Source: Eledone cirrhosa (taxonomy: Eukaryota). Taken from it: a stretch of 64,000 nucleotides of DNA. Numbering within the stretch: position 1 is the stretch's first letter; every line of letters begins with the position of its first letter. The position numbers and the translations under genes were made by a program. This document shows, piece after piece, positions 27,267 through 41,849 of this stretch. Where the stretch lies: NCBI GenBank assembly GCA_964016885.1, contig OZ024740.1, positions 350,610,001 to 350,674,000 on the forward strand, read 5' to 3'. The notes under the pieces are model-generated. The model was not told the origin of the DNA and ran no database searches. It saw only the letters and a program-made list of their open reading frames with translations.

Positions 27267-28429
27267 GGTGTGAGTGCACGCGCGTGGATGTGTACACGTG
27301 CGTGTGTGTGCAAGCGCACGTTTATGAATTCATGTGACTGTAAATGTTTGGGTTACACAAGGATATAAGTAATACAAAGGGATGTAGTTAATTACTTAAT
27401 TGATTTATGATCGTTTCAGAGGGAAAAATATTGATGTACAGACTAATCAATGAAAGATATGTAATTCCCTACCATCCTGTCTACCCTTAGAAACAATGAA
27501 TCTGTTTTGTTTTGTTTTATTAAATAAATGGAGAGAGAAAACTATTAATGAAATTTAGGCAGATGAAAGTATAAACAAATAAGATATTAGTATGATGTGT
27601 GTGTGATAAAACAAACACCACATTTAGGAGGACACATCATACCAACAAAAAGATATATGTTCTATTGCACGATCCAGCATTTTAAAATGGTACGCTCAAT
27701 CGAATCGTGCGAAAACATTTTGCTGGTCTGAGAGCTGATGAGGGTGAAAATGTGTGTCTAAATTTGTCTTGTACATCACCTTTCGTTATTTCCAGTTACT
27801 TCTATGCGTCAACACACTTCTCTTCAATCTTTTCTATATTTCAAATGCCTGTCACCCACCTTGTTTTTTCATTTAATTTAATAGAGAAACATCGTTAATA
27901 ACTTGAATCTAGCAATTCTGTCTATGAAGTGACTTAACTAAATACAAAATTAGATGTTGTTAGAAGGACAGACAGACCCGATGCTTACTATGTGTATTTT
28001 CAAATCTCTTTAATTAGGATGTTATAGTTTATTTAGCTTTCTTTATCTTAAAAATATAAGAATAACTTGTATTAAAATAATTGCACTAAAAACCAAATAT
28101 ATTCAATATACAAAATCTCATTATGCATGAAAAATCATTGAAATTATATAAAAGCTATTGAGCAGTACTGAAGTTAACTTTGCCTTTCATCCTTACGGGG
28201 TCGATAAAATAAAGTACCAGTAATGCACGGTGATAATTGCTGGTCTTGTGCCAAAAATAGAAACAATTATTAAAAGGAACAAAACAAGAAGAAAAAAATG
28301 AAATGAAAAGAGATTAAGAAACGATCAAGCAACAATAGAAAGATGGAGGTGGGTGGAGGAGAGACAGACACTACATCCCAGTCTGAGTAGAGAATGGCCA
28401 GAGACACTCACTGCAACAGTCATCATACC

Positions 28430-29520
28430 TCACGGGGCTCCCTTCTCAAGCCTGCCTACGCTCTTTCCGACTTTACGGAGGAAAACAGCAGTGCGGGGAT
28501 CAATGAGACAATAGGTCTCGACGGAGATCGTTGCAAGGAGGAAGCTGTCGGTCAGGCTCTGGTATTTGAATATGTTCCTCTCCGTATTGTGGGCAGCGGA
28601 GCCAGGGTTTGTGACCGAGGCGAGAAGACTGGTGACGGAGAACGAGTGCCTGCACGTCGCATCCCAAATTGCAGATCTGCTCCCCTCAAAAGAGAAGAGG
28701 ATGAATATGTCGGAACGATTACCATCACCTGGTTGGAGTCCAGCGTCACCAATTATGACAGGAATCCTGCTACGTCGAAGTTTCTTGTCATCACGTCGTA
28801 CAGAGCGGCGTGACGGGGGACCAAGCCTGCACCAAAGCGGCAACATAACGAGAGCAGACTGAACTCGTCGACCACTGCTCAAGAACGGCATCTGCCTGGC
28901 TCACACACGAAGAGGCCAATACATTGTTTCACTTCAATGGGGTCGCACTCCTCCTCAAGAAAAGTGCCGATTGATGAGGAAGGCTCCGAATTGAGTCAAC
29001 CACGACGTTTTAGGCAGACGAGATGTTGCTGGTCCAAGGGGGACTCGGTCCGCCTAAAGGTGGACTTGCATTTGATGTCGTCCTAGTTACGTTGGGCATC
29101 GGTACATTAGCGAACGGCAATCAGGGATGACTCCAGTTCCCGAGTCACGTCAGTTTCTGCCGTCTTACGGAGGATCTCATTGATGAGGGTGCAGCTGGAG
29201 GAGATTGAGGAGAGATAGGCCGGCAGTGCCAGGTCAAGAGTGGATCTGAGGCCAAGGCCGCCAAATCTCACGAGGAGTTTCGCCTGTAGCCAACCAGCGC
29301 TGTCGAAGCAAACATTGCAGAGGACTTCGGTACAGCATCAGATGGTGGCGTAGAGTTCAAGGGGTCGATCTGCTACAGCGACAGGCGCACCGTGTACTGT
29401 GAAGAGGAATTTAGGGAGAGCGAAGCCTTTCCTCAGGAGAATGAGCGCCGGATGCGCGTCGTCGATTTAGTGTAATCTCTCGGGCATCCTCCTCAGGTTT
29501 GCATGCTTGATTTCCAGGCA
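28430..29520 (-). pseudogene. Decayed CRE-like non-LTR retrotransposon fragment
   Basis: CNVCFDSAGWLQAKLLVRFGGLGLRSTLDLALP and DGNRSD...IWDATC, homologous to 32053-33433. Confidence 0.75.
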
Positions 29521-30454
29521 CTCACATTGTATGATTCGTAATAAATATGTATATGAAGGCATATACACTATGATTTTGAATAATCTCACTACGAATGTTT
29601 TAAGCTGTGATTATGCCACACGTCCGATACGTGTTGCATAGGTGCATCTGATACCAACATAGCTAGACTTCTGTATGTTTATTATACATAGACACGTCAT
29701 ACATGCCTTCATATACACATCTATGTTAGTCATAGTACTAAGTAACTTCATATCTTGCTTCATATGTTCCTCCATGGATGAAGCGCAAGAAGATTGAAAT
29801 TATTTTATTTTTTATTATTTTTCAAGATTGTATATGTATATATATATATGTGTGTGTGTGTGTGTTAAGTATTTCCGTGGAAAATTTAAAGGAAAGGAGT
29901 GTGCTCTATGTATAGTATAGAGCTATTTAATTATGTAATAATTGTATTGTTTATTACATAATTATATATATATATTATTGGCAACATGACCCTCCCAAAG
30001 TATAACAATATATATATATATATACGTATATATATAAATATATATATATATAAAAACAGAGTAGATAGGAAAATATAGAGATAGATAGATGGATAGATAG
30101 ATGTGTGCATGTGTGCGTGGGTGTGTGTTTATTCTGGAAGGGTGGTGCACGCCACTCCTTGTTCTATCTCTGACTTTCCATTAACAACCTATTATCTTAC
30201 GTATGATATTTCACTGAAAATTATTTTTTATAATAATATATTATTTCAGCTAATATCATTATTTCTCTTTCTTCTATTTCCGTTTTTTTTTATATTTATG
30301 TATATACCTCGTTAGCAAAATATTGATCTATCTTAGCTCTGTCAGTTGAATATAATGTGATTTACTAAGGAGATCTAATCAGACTGAAACTTGTCTGTTG
30401 CTTTGCCCAGTTGGCTTTAAAGATCAGATTCATTCGTATCTACATTGTCTATAG

Positions 30455-30802
30455 CAGAGGTTCTCAGAGCGGGCGCTACCCCCCCCCCCCGGGGGGGGGG
30501 GGGGGCTTGAGAATGTCCAGGGGTGAGATGAGGTTTAAGGTTTCGTTGGGGAGTATAGTTGGTATAATAGGATATTAAATATCGAATGATACACACTATA
30601 TATAAATATATTAAAATAAAAAAATATATAATATTTATTTATACATAGTATATATTATATTATTTATTATATATAAATAAACGATTTTATTTATTATATG
30701 TTATTTACAATTTGCGTGTGGGCAGGTTTCCCTGGTAGGTGCGCTGAGGGTATTACGTAGCCGTGATGGGGGCGCTGGTCAAAAAATGTTTGAGAACCTC
30801 TG
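30455..30802. mobile_element. hAT (Charlie-like) MITE
   Basis: TIR CAGAGGTTCTCA / TGAGAACCTCTG; 8-bp target-site duplication GTCTATAG / GTCTACAG. Confidence 0.85.
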
Positions 30803-31859
30803 GTCTACAGTGTCCAAAAATGTTGATTAACTGATCATATTGTTTGCTGTTTTTAGATTTTCGACACCTCTAGTTTTTATTTTATCTCCAAATTGCTTCG
30901 ATTAATTGCAGTTGATCGAGGTTTTTCAACACAATGCATTTCATATGTGTGAGCCTACTGTATTTGTATTTAGTATACAAAACGAAATATTTTCCCTACG
31001 CTATATATCTGAAGGTGGTGTTAGGTTGCTAGCAATTAAAAATACTCTAAAAGAGGATATTAGTGCATCTGATATTCTTATTCGTTCACATTCTTTGTAA
31101 TGTAAATAACTATAACTTGGCAGAAGTTTACACATTTGGGGGAAAGTGATTCAATCACTTAATGCTGGCGATTACTTGACTTAGCCATACTTTATCTAAA
31201 CACCCGCCCTAAGCATATTCACAAAAAAAGAATAAAAGACAAAATCCAACCTGTCAGGATTTAAACTTAGATTATAAGAATATACCATTGTGTTCCTTGT
31301 TCTTCCACTCACCACCCATGGTAACTCGAATCGAGAGCAGACACATATTTATTTTAGAAAGAAGCATGAATGGCGCTACAATTAGGCAAATAAGGCAGCG
31401 TTGTTCATTACTGAATCTTAATGGATCACAGTTTTATACAACTTATATAATATGATAATTTCAGCGATCACTAAATAAATCACTTCCCATTATTTCTACG
31501 TTGTAGCGTTGAATAAGTATCCAAAGTAGTGGCGAGAGTCGTATAGAGTTATAAATTGTAATATGATTTGAGGGTGGACTGTCTAATAGAAAATGCAACC
31601 TTAGTAGTTTTCTTTGTGTGCTCAAAGCAAGAAGTCTCATAAACGTGGTTTGCTAGCTTGTCAAATTCAAAGTCAAAATTATTTTATCAAGAAGAATAGA
31701 GTGCATAACTGGACGAACGGAGCGTACATTATCGGGTTAGCCTAGGATGCTAAATACCTAAGCGCCAACCATAGGTATGAGGGCAAAAGTACTGGCACCT
31801 CAAACAGACGCGCTAGAAAGAAAAGGATATTGTATAAAAGAATATGGCATCCAGGGACT

Positions 31860-33433
31860 CCAGGCCCCTCATTGTCAAGCTTGACATGGGCAATGCCTTT
31901 AACCGCATACGCCGAGACCATCTGCTCGATGCCTGCCTCAGACGAGCCCCCTCCACCTACCCGCTGGCCTACCTGTCACATGGAGCCCCGAGTATGCTCC
32001 TTGCTGCTGATACTGTCTTCCTTCGGCCACTGGGGTCCAACAGGGTGGCCCTTTGGGCCCCCTCGTGGAGACTGTCTGCCATGACCTTCATTCGGTGGAT
32101 CCTGCCCTGGCGGGAATCGACCTCCGGGTTAACTCGTCCAAGTCGGAGGTGGTGAATATCAGCCATGATGCTGAGAGCTTTGCTGCCTCCGTCTCGGATG
32201 TGCGGTCCATTCTCCACCAGGTACAGGTGACTCCCAAAGAGGATGTCCTCATCCTCGCGTCACCGATCCACTCACCGGCCATCCGCTCCACCATCAGGTC
32301 CAGGCTCCAACAACCCCAGACCCTCACGAGCCGACTGGGCTTGATCGAAGGCCACCAAGCTCTCTTCCTGTTGAGGAACTGCTTCGCCATGCCGAAGCTC
32401 CTCTACACCCTTCGCAGCACCCCGTGCTACAGCGACGCATCTCTCCTCACTCACCTCGATACTAGTATCCGAGCGGCAGACGAAGAGATATGCAACGTCA
32501 GGTTTGACGACATTGGATGGCAACAGGCCACTTTACCTGTGAGATATGGCGGCCTTGGCCTCCGGTCCCCGATCGCGTTGGCTTTGCCGGCGTTTCCTTC
32601 ATCGGTAACCACATGCCGCGTCCTCGACAGCAGGTTTCTCCAAAACAAAATAGAACCCTCTGTGATCAGGGAATGTGAGGCCGACTGGGCGACGTGGGAC
32701 CGGCTGGGACTTAACCCAGTAGACGTCCCTCCTACTTCTTCCCCTGCTGACGTCAAGTCCTCGTCAAGCGTATGGGATGCCATCCAGTGCAATCTGGCCT
32801 CAGATAGGCTCACGCGACAGCTTGACCAGTACCACCTTGCCTGTTTTCGCGCGATCTCCAACCCCCACAGTGGTGCCTGGCTCTATGCCTTGCCTTCCTT
32901 CTCCACTGGCACGCAGTTGGATAACGATATCCTGCGCATCGGCATTTCCATGAGGCTTGGACGCTGCAGGCTTCCCCCCTCAACTCGAGCCGGTGAGGCT
33001 GGTTCGAGGGGACGGCAAAAGGCCAGACGGTATGACCATCTTCCCGTTCCGCGGTGGTAAACTCCTCGTCTGGAATGCCACTTGCAGCAAAACTTTCTCC
33101 AGCCGCAACCTGGTGCAGTCTGCGACTAACCCAAATGCTGCTGCACGTCGGGCTGAGGAGGCCAAACTCTCCAAGTACCGGTCGCACTCCGACAGGTTCA
33201 TGGTCCTGCCCTTGGCAGTGGAGACTTCTGGTGTCCTTGGCGCTATGGATACCTCCCTATTCACCACCATAGGCGCTGAGCTGGCCAGCCGCAGGTGTGA
33301 GTCTCGTCAGTTGGAATGGCTCTTCCAGCGCATCTCCCTTACCATCTTCCAAGAGAACGCCTTCTCCATTCTGTCCCACGGGGCTGTGAGGAGGCCAGCA
33401 CGTGGTACCCCATTTGCTCACCATACGGATTAA
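31860..33433 (+). pseudogene. CRE-clade non-LTR retrotransposon (partial RT plus RLE), deleted and frameshifted
   Basis: KLDMGNAFN, QQATLPVRYGGLGLRS, SGAWLYALP, DGKRPDGMTIFPF...VWNATC, PLAVETSG, WLFQRIS. Confidence 0.85.
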
Positions 33434-33722
33434 GACATATAACCTGTCTTTTTCTTTATTTACTCTTTTACTATCTTTATGCATTGGATAACGACAGACT
33501 TCTTTACACCTCCAATTGCAGCACCGATGTCATTTTTTATATTGATGCAATAAATACAACTATTATGTTTGCTATGTGGTTACGAAGGTCGCTTTTAAAA
33601 AACGGTGTGTGGCGTTCAATATTATTATGTGTCAGTTGTGTTAGCGTATTTTATTATCGCCTTAAATTGACCGATGCATTACGAGAGAAATTTTGTTGAT
33701 GGCAATTGTGTAGAAGCCCATC

Positions 33723-33851
<129 letters not shown>

Positions 33852-34195
33852 AATAAACACAGTAAATTGTGTCTAAAATTACGAGGGTTGAAATACCACA
33901 TTAGTTTAGTAAATTTAACCTGAAGCAATCGGAATATACAGACCGTCTCAATAACTATTTCATCTCTTGGACAGATGAGAGATTTAATCTGCTTCGCCCT
34001 GAAAATTATGTTTTTAACAGATAATCCGTAGGCTTTCCTCAGCGAGAGATAAGATCAAATGGAACAAACACATACAACTAAAAGCCACATGAATGAATAT
34101 CTCACCTCGTGCGCTGGACGTTAGAAGTCGTGTGAGTGGATATGCTAAAAATAATAGCCTTAATACACCCAACTTATAAGCTCACCCAGTTACAA

Positions 34196-35006
34196 ATAAA
34201 ATACAGAGTTACTAACTCATATTGATACCCTGCAATTAACAAGCTCAGAGTATAAATACTGAGCATTATATAATTGGCTGTATCGGTAGAGGGTTGGACG
34301 CCATGCTTTCTAGCATAGTTACGTCCCTTTACAGTCTGAGTTCAAATCCCGCCGAGGTTAACTTTGCCTTTCATCCTTACGGGGTCGATAAAATAAAGTA
34401 CCAGTAATGTACTGGGTAATTGCTGGCCTTGTGCCTAAAGTAGAAACAATTATATAATAATATATGTAGAAATAAACACAGTAAATTGTGTGTCTAAAAT
34501 TAAGAGAGTTGAAATACCACATTGGTTTGATAAATTTAACCTGAAGCAAACGGAAGATATAGAATATATATACAGACCGTCTCAATAACTATTTCATCTC
34601 TCGGACAGATTAAAGATTTAATCTGTATATATATTCTATATCTTCCGTTTGCTTCAGGTTAAATGTATCAAACGAATGTGATATTTCAACCCTCGTAATT
34701 CTAGACACACAATTTACTGTGTTTATTTCTACATGTATGTATTATATAATTGTTTCTACTTTTGGCACAAGGCCAGCAATTATCCAGTGTATTACTGGTA
34801 CTTTATTTTATCGACCCCGTAAGGATGAAAGGCAAAGTTAACCTCGGCGGGATTTGAACTCAGAATGGCAAGGGCCGTAACTCTATACGTCAAAGCATGG
34901 CGTCCAACCCTCTACCGATACTGCCAATCCACCAATGCTCAGTATTTATACTTTGAGCTTGTTAATTGCAGGTTATCAATATGAGTTAATAACTCTGTAT
35001 TTTATT

Positions 35007-35008
<2 letters not shown>
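34196..35008. repeat. ~380-bp inverted duplication containing two SINE-A copies (34274-34452 +, 34748-34927 -)
   Basis: Arms ~34196-34575 and ~34625-35008 are reverse complements including non-SINE flank. 33845-33990 is a further direct copy of 34465-34625. Confidence 0.85.
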
Positions 35009-35099
<91 letters not shown>

Positions 35100-35103
<4 letters not shown>

Positions 35104-35280
35104 TAGGGTGTGGTAAAAACCAGCTAGACCATAACCCACCAGAGTACTCGATACTTGGGGTAGTAGAGTTGGTAGATGAATAGATTCAGGATTCCGACGG
35201 CTGAGCTCTGGCCGTTTCAACAGCTAGTGCGGATCTATCTGTCGAAAAGGCCGGAGCTCAGCCGTCGGGGTCCTGAATCT
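35100..35280. mobile_element. (TA)n-embedded element with family-P palindrome (35182-35280)
   Basis: Palindrome plus adjacent segment homologous to the reverse complement of 51165-51248. Confidence 0.75.
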
Positions 35281-35344
<64 letters not shown>

Positions 35345-35346
<2 letters not shown>

Positions 35347-35970
35347 TGAAAATTAGGATTGGTGCTCTGAAATAGCGATGTATACATGAATATATGTATA
35401 GTATATTTGGCAATATACTATATGCTTAATTAAAAACATTTTGAAGACCTTGCGCTATTATTTTAAAGTAGTGACTATGTCACTTACTTCTTTTTTCAAC
35501 AAACAAATAATAGTGCAAGGTCTTCAAAATGTTTTTAATTAAATATACAGTATATTGCCAAATATACTATACATATATTCATGTATACATCGCTATTTCA
35601 CTGGAATTCAATGAGAATCCAGCATCTATAATTTTCAACAAACATCGGCGATGCTATGATCTGATGATCACCAACAGTGTGAAACAGATCTGTCAGCTTA
35701 TCTCCCTTTGTTTGTTGAAAAAAGAAGTAAGTGACATAGTCACTACTTTAAAATAATAGCGCAAGGTCTTCAAAATGTTTTTAATTAAGCATATAGTATA
35801 TTGTCAAATATATTATACACATATTCATGTATACATCGCTATTTCAGAGCACCAATCCTAATTTTCAATTTTTGCTGGACCGGCAATCGCTCTGTATAAT
35901 CAGTTCCTGATTGTTACTGGAATTCAATGAGAATCTAGCATCTATAATTTTCAACAAACATCGGCGAGTG
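35345..35970 (+). mobile_element. Retrozyme-like element (319-bp family): inverted partial copy plus permuted tandem copies
   Basis: 35345-35506 is the reverse complement of ~35708-35868. Homologous to 19760-20161. Confidence 0.75.
35655..35700 (+). ncRNA. Type I hammerhead ribozyme
   Basis: CTGATGA-TCAC-CAACA-GTGT-GAAA-CAGATCTG-TC. Palindromic stem III, GUC site; stem I partly mismatched. Confidence 0.7.
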
Positions 35971-36471
35971 CTGTACTTGTCCTTTTGTCCTCCCTATTAA
36001 AGGAATGGCGATGGTTATACCATCGGTCTTTGAAGCTCGTTGATGTGGCTCTTATGTAAATTTCTATAGACTTTTGACAGAGGAATGTTCTCATAACTGA
36101 CCAATGGGATGCGAGCGTGTCCTATGACGCCGAAATTCATTTGTTCTAATTCATATGATTCCAGTTCCTCAGAGAAATAACAACACAACCAGGAGCTGGA
36201 CATATCGATGTATTGACAGAGTAAAACACACTTCAACAACATGTGTACCTGTCTTTCCCACACCAATTCGGACTGCCTGAAGATGTCACAGCCAATGATG
36301 GCTGTCACCGAAATATATATAGCAGTATATCTATAATTTATAATAAACGAAGCCAAATTTTACATATTTGACTTAATTATTTTACATTACTCCGGAGTAA
36401 ACAAACCAACCTGCGCACTTCGTCGAGTGCTCCATACTGAGGTGTCGGTAAACAACCAACATATACTCAAA

Positions 36472-36821
<350 letters not shown>

Positions 36822-36862
36822 TGTGTGTGTGTAAGTATGTTTTGAAACTGAGCGAGTTTGAA

Positions 36863-37129
36863 ATTAGAAATATAAGCTTTCACCGCATTTTTGACTAAAG
36901 AAATTTTTACCCTGATAGTGGGGTTTAGAACCCTCAGAGAAATGGAAAACACATCGACACATCACCCATGATGTGTTGGTGTAATGGTAGCACAGTGGTC
37001 TGGATAACCAAAGATGTAGGTTCGACTCCCATGTACGTCAATACTCATCTTTTTCCATTTCTCTGAGGGTTCTAAACCCCATTATCAGGCTAAAAATTTC
37101 TTTAGTCAAAAATATGGTGAAAGCTTATA

Positions 37130-37137
<8 letters not shown>
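36863..37137. mobile_element. Fold-back element with ~87-bp inverted arms enclosing a tRNA-like sequence
   Basis: Arms 36863-36948 / 37050-37137. The same arm also occurs at 7712-7855. Confidence 0.8.
36970..37040 (+). tRNA. tRNA-like cloverleaf (probable pseudogene or tRNA-derived element; nominal anticodon GGA)
   Basis: Acceptor GATGTGT/GTACGTC, A box TGGTGTAATGG, D stem GTG/CAC, anticodon stem TGGT/ACCA, B box GGTTCGACTCC, T5 run ~10 nt downstream. Confidence 0.5.
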
Positions 37138-37189
<52 letters not shown>

Positions 37190-37291
37190 CTTAATTTTTT
37201 TAACTTAACTTTTTAACTTAATTGTTTAAGCGTCAGTCATACAAAAGTGAGTTACAAACGAAACGAAATTTAATTTCGTTTCGTTATTTGT

Positions 37292-37332
<41 letters not shown>

Positions 37333-37393
37333 TACTTACATAGAGCACTCTTCACTTCTATGACCTTTTCTGTTTTCAACGGAAATTTCAATA

Positions 37394-37441
<48 letters not shown>

Positions 37442-37679
37442 CGTGTGTGTTTGTGTGTGTGTGTGTGTGTGTGCGTGGGTATGCGTTTACACCACTTAAC
37501 AAGCGCTGTTGTTTGTTTATATCTCATAACCAAGTGGTTGAACTAATAGAGATCGAAAATAAATACCACACCAAGCTGCTTTCGCCCGCAGCATTTAACA
37601 ACTGACGCAGAAACCGGCGATTTAAACAGTCTCATCTCCAGTCCCTCCATCCTATCTCTCCTAGTTCTAATATTTATTT

Positions 37680-37880
37680 CTAATTTAAGTACAACGCCAG
37701 CAATGTGAGGGAGGGAAAGATCAATTTAATAGAGCCAGTACTTTACTGGTACTTTATATTATCGACCCCAAGAGGATGAAAGGTAAAGTTACTCTCTATG
37801 GGATTTGAACACAGAATTTAACGCGCTTGAACAAATGCTGCAAAGCATTTATCTGATGCTCTAACGATTCTACAAATATT
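37680..37880 (-). mobile_element. SINE family A (diverged)
   Basis: ACTGGTACTTTAT...ATCGACCCC...GGATGAAAGG core. Confidence 0.7.
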
Positions 37881-38715
37881 CCACTCCTCTCTTAGTTGTT
37901 TTGATTAAAGGCCGTTTAATATGTTATGAAACATAATACAGTAGTATATCAAATTGAATATCAAAATCTAATATATTGAAAATATGAGATTGTTTAATAA
38001 ACGTTTTAGATTAATTCTACCGCAGGGAAATATATTTGCAAAATATCTAAACCAAATCTTGTTACTTTTTTTTTAATAAGATTGGTCAGAGAAAAAGTGC
38101 CATGATTGACCAATTGAGACCCTCGGACAAATACTGAGAAAATTATCTAAATCTAGTTTGTAAGTTTCATCTTTGTTTCAATAATCAAATTTAATTTGTA
38201 TTTATATAAATTTCAAATATGAGAATAAATTTGAGACACTAATGATGAAAATACTGTTGATTGTTATGAATTATTTAAGCCCATGTTTAAAATTTTGATA
38301 AAATTAAGTGAAGCAGAATTTATTGGAAAAATATTAAATATTAAAATTTAATGAAATATATATTGAAAATATAATAATGTTTATAGTAGGCGCTTAAGTT
38401 AAAATCATTTTAACTATGCTACAGCATAAATAAATATTAAAATCGAAACCAAAACTAATTTATTTTATATTATTCATAGAAAATGAGTCGACATTGATCA
38501 TTTTTGATCTTCTCATATTGATGATACATGTTGCTGGTATTAAAATTCCCATTTTATTCATTTATGGACCCATGACTCTTGATTGAAATGTAATGGTAAC
38601 GTAGTATTATACGGCTTGACTTGGGTATTTAAGCTTCTCGTCAGAACGCATCCTATTTTTTCCAGAAAGAGAAAAAGTGAGACAGAGGAAGAATCGACCG
38701 CCATTATTTATTGAA

Positions 38716-39030
38716 GGGCGGTGGATTGGAAGTATAGGTAGAGAGTCGGACGCCATGCTTTCCAGCATAGTTACGTCCCTTTACGATCTGAGTTTAAATC
38801 CCGCCGAGGTTAACTTTGCTTTTCATCCTTACAGGGTCGATAAAATGAAGTACCAGTATTGACTGGGAAATTGCTGGCCTTGTGCCAAATGTAGAAATAA
38901 TTATTTATTGAACTCAAAAGGACGAAAAGCAAAGTTGACTTTAGCAGGATTGGAACAGTGCGCAGTGAGCCAGAACATATGCGGCGAGTCATTTGATCCA
39001 ACATTCTAACAACTCTGCCAATTTCCCCCT
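38716..39030. mobile_element. Two SINE family A copies tail-to-tail (38716-38905 +, ~38915-39030 -)
   Basis: Same head, B box and core as 24857. Confidence 0.75.
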
Positions 39031-39419
39031 AATTCATCAACATACGCTGTTGCATACAAGAATTGAAAAAAAAATTGAAAAAAAAAAATTTAACGCGTAA
39101 ACGCCTGCCGTCATATCAATAAATTTTTGTTGAGGACATGTAAACAAGTGGTAGAGCAAATATGCATAATTAAACCTTTCTAAAAAATAAAGAGATAATC
39201 GAAAGCAATTATATTTCTTTAACACTGTATAGTTTTATTTAGTTTTTTCATGCATACATAAATGTATGTTCTACATATATTTTTATGTGTAAAATTTGCA
39301 AATATATCGATGTGGTTTATTTGAACAAGAACCATTGGGGGATTATGTAAAAATGTATTATATGCAAGTTGTTTTTTTTCTTTCAAAATAATTTAGGAAA
39401 AGTGTAGTTAACGAGAGGG

Positions 39420-39730
39420 AAGGCGAGGGGTTTAGTGGTTCGGGTTACGATCGTAAGAATTTTAGTTCGATTCCCAAGCGGTGCATTGTGTATTTAAGTA
39501 AGACCCTTCATTTCAAGTTGCCCCAGACAATTTGACTGGGAAAACAATTGTCCTTTTAATTCAAAGGGACAAGCTTGTCAAGCACTGCATCACGCATAAT
39601 CCCCCGTAAAACTACATTAAGAAGTACATGTGTGTGTAGAATGCTCTGCCACATGTACGTTAATTTTACAAGCAGGTTGTTTCGTTGTTCGAACAATTAG
39701 AACAGTCCCCATTGGAACCGACGGATGTCT
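39420..39730 (+). mobile_element. tRNA-derived SINE family B
   Basis: A box-like GGTTTAGTGG, B box AGTTCGATTCC, CORE-like central segment. Confidence 0.6.
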
Positions 39731-41258
39731 AACACACAATTAACAGAAAGTCAAATTAATGTTCTCATCTATACACAAATGCCAACAGCTCTTGAAATTC
39801 CACAGAGTCATATTGCCCACGGCATCTTAATGTCTCCTAAATTATTTTGAAAAAAATTAAATGCATGCAGTGAGGAATACAAAAATTGTTTTGGCCTACG
39901 GCTCTTTTCCAAAAGTGTCCCATCGACATATTTAATAATTTTGCGCATAAATTATTTAACAACCTTTTAAATAACTACACCCTCACATATAGATTTCAGT
40001 GTTCAAATATTTAAATATGATGACAGAAGTTTTAACGTCAATTTTCATTAATTAATTGTAATGTTTTACTGATTAAAAGGATAAACAGGAAGTGTTTCCA
40101 CATTTCCCCACTTAAAATGTTTTTACTGCTTAGCGAGGGAGTGAATTGCATGGCCACTGATAGTAATGGGAGAGAAGGAGGTATCTTCAAACCGGAGACG
40201 TGAACCAAAAGCTTGCATCAGAGTAGACTCCATAAAAGTAACCCAGGAGACCAGTATCAATATCAAACCGGATGGCCGATAGCATGATTTAACTCAAAAC
40301 ACAGAGAGTTAGAACAAATACTGCAATATATTTTTTCCTACAGTCTAATAATTCTGCTAATTCACCGCTATATACTGGTACATTATTTTATCGACTTTAA
40401 AAGGATGACAGGCAAAGAATATCTTGGTGGGATTTAAACACAGAGAGTCAGAAACAGAACCGAAAGGCAATGTTTCCTACACTGTAACGACTCTGCTAAA
40501 CTAGAACCTACTTTTAACATTTAAACAGATTAAAGCACCTATGAACATAGAGTAATTTTTATAACTTGCAGAATCTTACGTGCTTAGAGGTGCCTAAATA
40601 TCGAAATATTGGGATCTTGTCAATATTCACAGAAAACTTTGAAATTTATTTTTATTTTTACGATCACTAATGACACAATATTGTGTTGGTTACGTAAAAA
40701 GATAGTTGGTAAGTCTTGAGATTCAGTAAGCCAAACAAATATTTTCAATTTTTTTATAACACTAAATGAAAGTTTTGGAAAATGTTCAGCTTTAATGTCT
40801 TTTACTAAGACCGAATCTATTCACAAGATTATTTCTCTGAGTAATAATACAGTAGAATCGTATTTATTAAACTGCAGGTTTTATAAAACGTGAACTTCAG
40901 AGTTTCAATAGTGTAAGTTTTCAATCCAGCTAGGGCCTATTTAAATCAATGCATTCCCGTGAAAAATGTATAGTTGATAAATTTCTATTTTCAAAATAAC
41001 TTAAATCTAAAATACTTTTGATGTTTGTAGTATTGGAGAAAAAATAACATTACTCTTAAAAATATTATTATAGTTTCTTCTATCGTACGTAAGGACCATA
41101 TGCTAATGTTAAACTGGGCAGTCGATTAAATATATTACTGAAGTAGGTTATAGCGACTTGGAACGTAAACAGCCAAAATTGTTTGGGAAGAAAGAAACAA
41201 ATAAACAAATTTAAACGAAAGATAAAGGAAAAAGAAAAAATAACAGAGAGGGAAGATA

Positions 41259-41368
<110 letters not shown>

Positions 41369-41849
41369 GTGGGCGTGAGGACTTGCAGAATACATCTAAA
41401 TAAATTATCCAATTTAAAAGACAAGAGAGTCTATTCAAATCCAATCTAAGATTTTGAAAAAACGATTTATGGATATGCCATAATTCTTCTAGTAAAATCG
41501 AGCTTATTGGGAAGTTATTGGCTTGGTATAGAACAGAAATGGAAGTAAACGAGCCAACAAAATAGTCTCTACACTATCGATTGATCTGCAACTAAATCTA
41601 TCTCAAATCAAACCTCATTGTCTTATTGGAAAGTTAGTCAGAAGCATAAGTAGAGGAGAAGAATTAATTCGTACAGTGAGTCGAATGTGATGAATACTTC
41701 AGTTTCTGTGGTGGTCATGTCCAATCTATGTGAAGTGATAAATACAGGCGAGGCTTTAGGCTTATGGGAAAAGTAATACATCTTCAGAAAGAATAGCTGT
41801 GATAAAGTCCTTGATGAAGAACAAAAGATTAATTCTAGGCTGAAAGTCA

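Noticed and set aside
36015-36356. 113-aa ORF as a possible host exon
   Set aside because: No recognisable domain or convincing splice context; lies within a repeat block.
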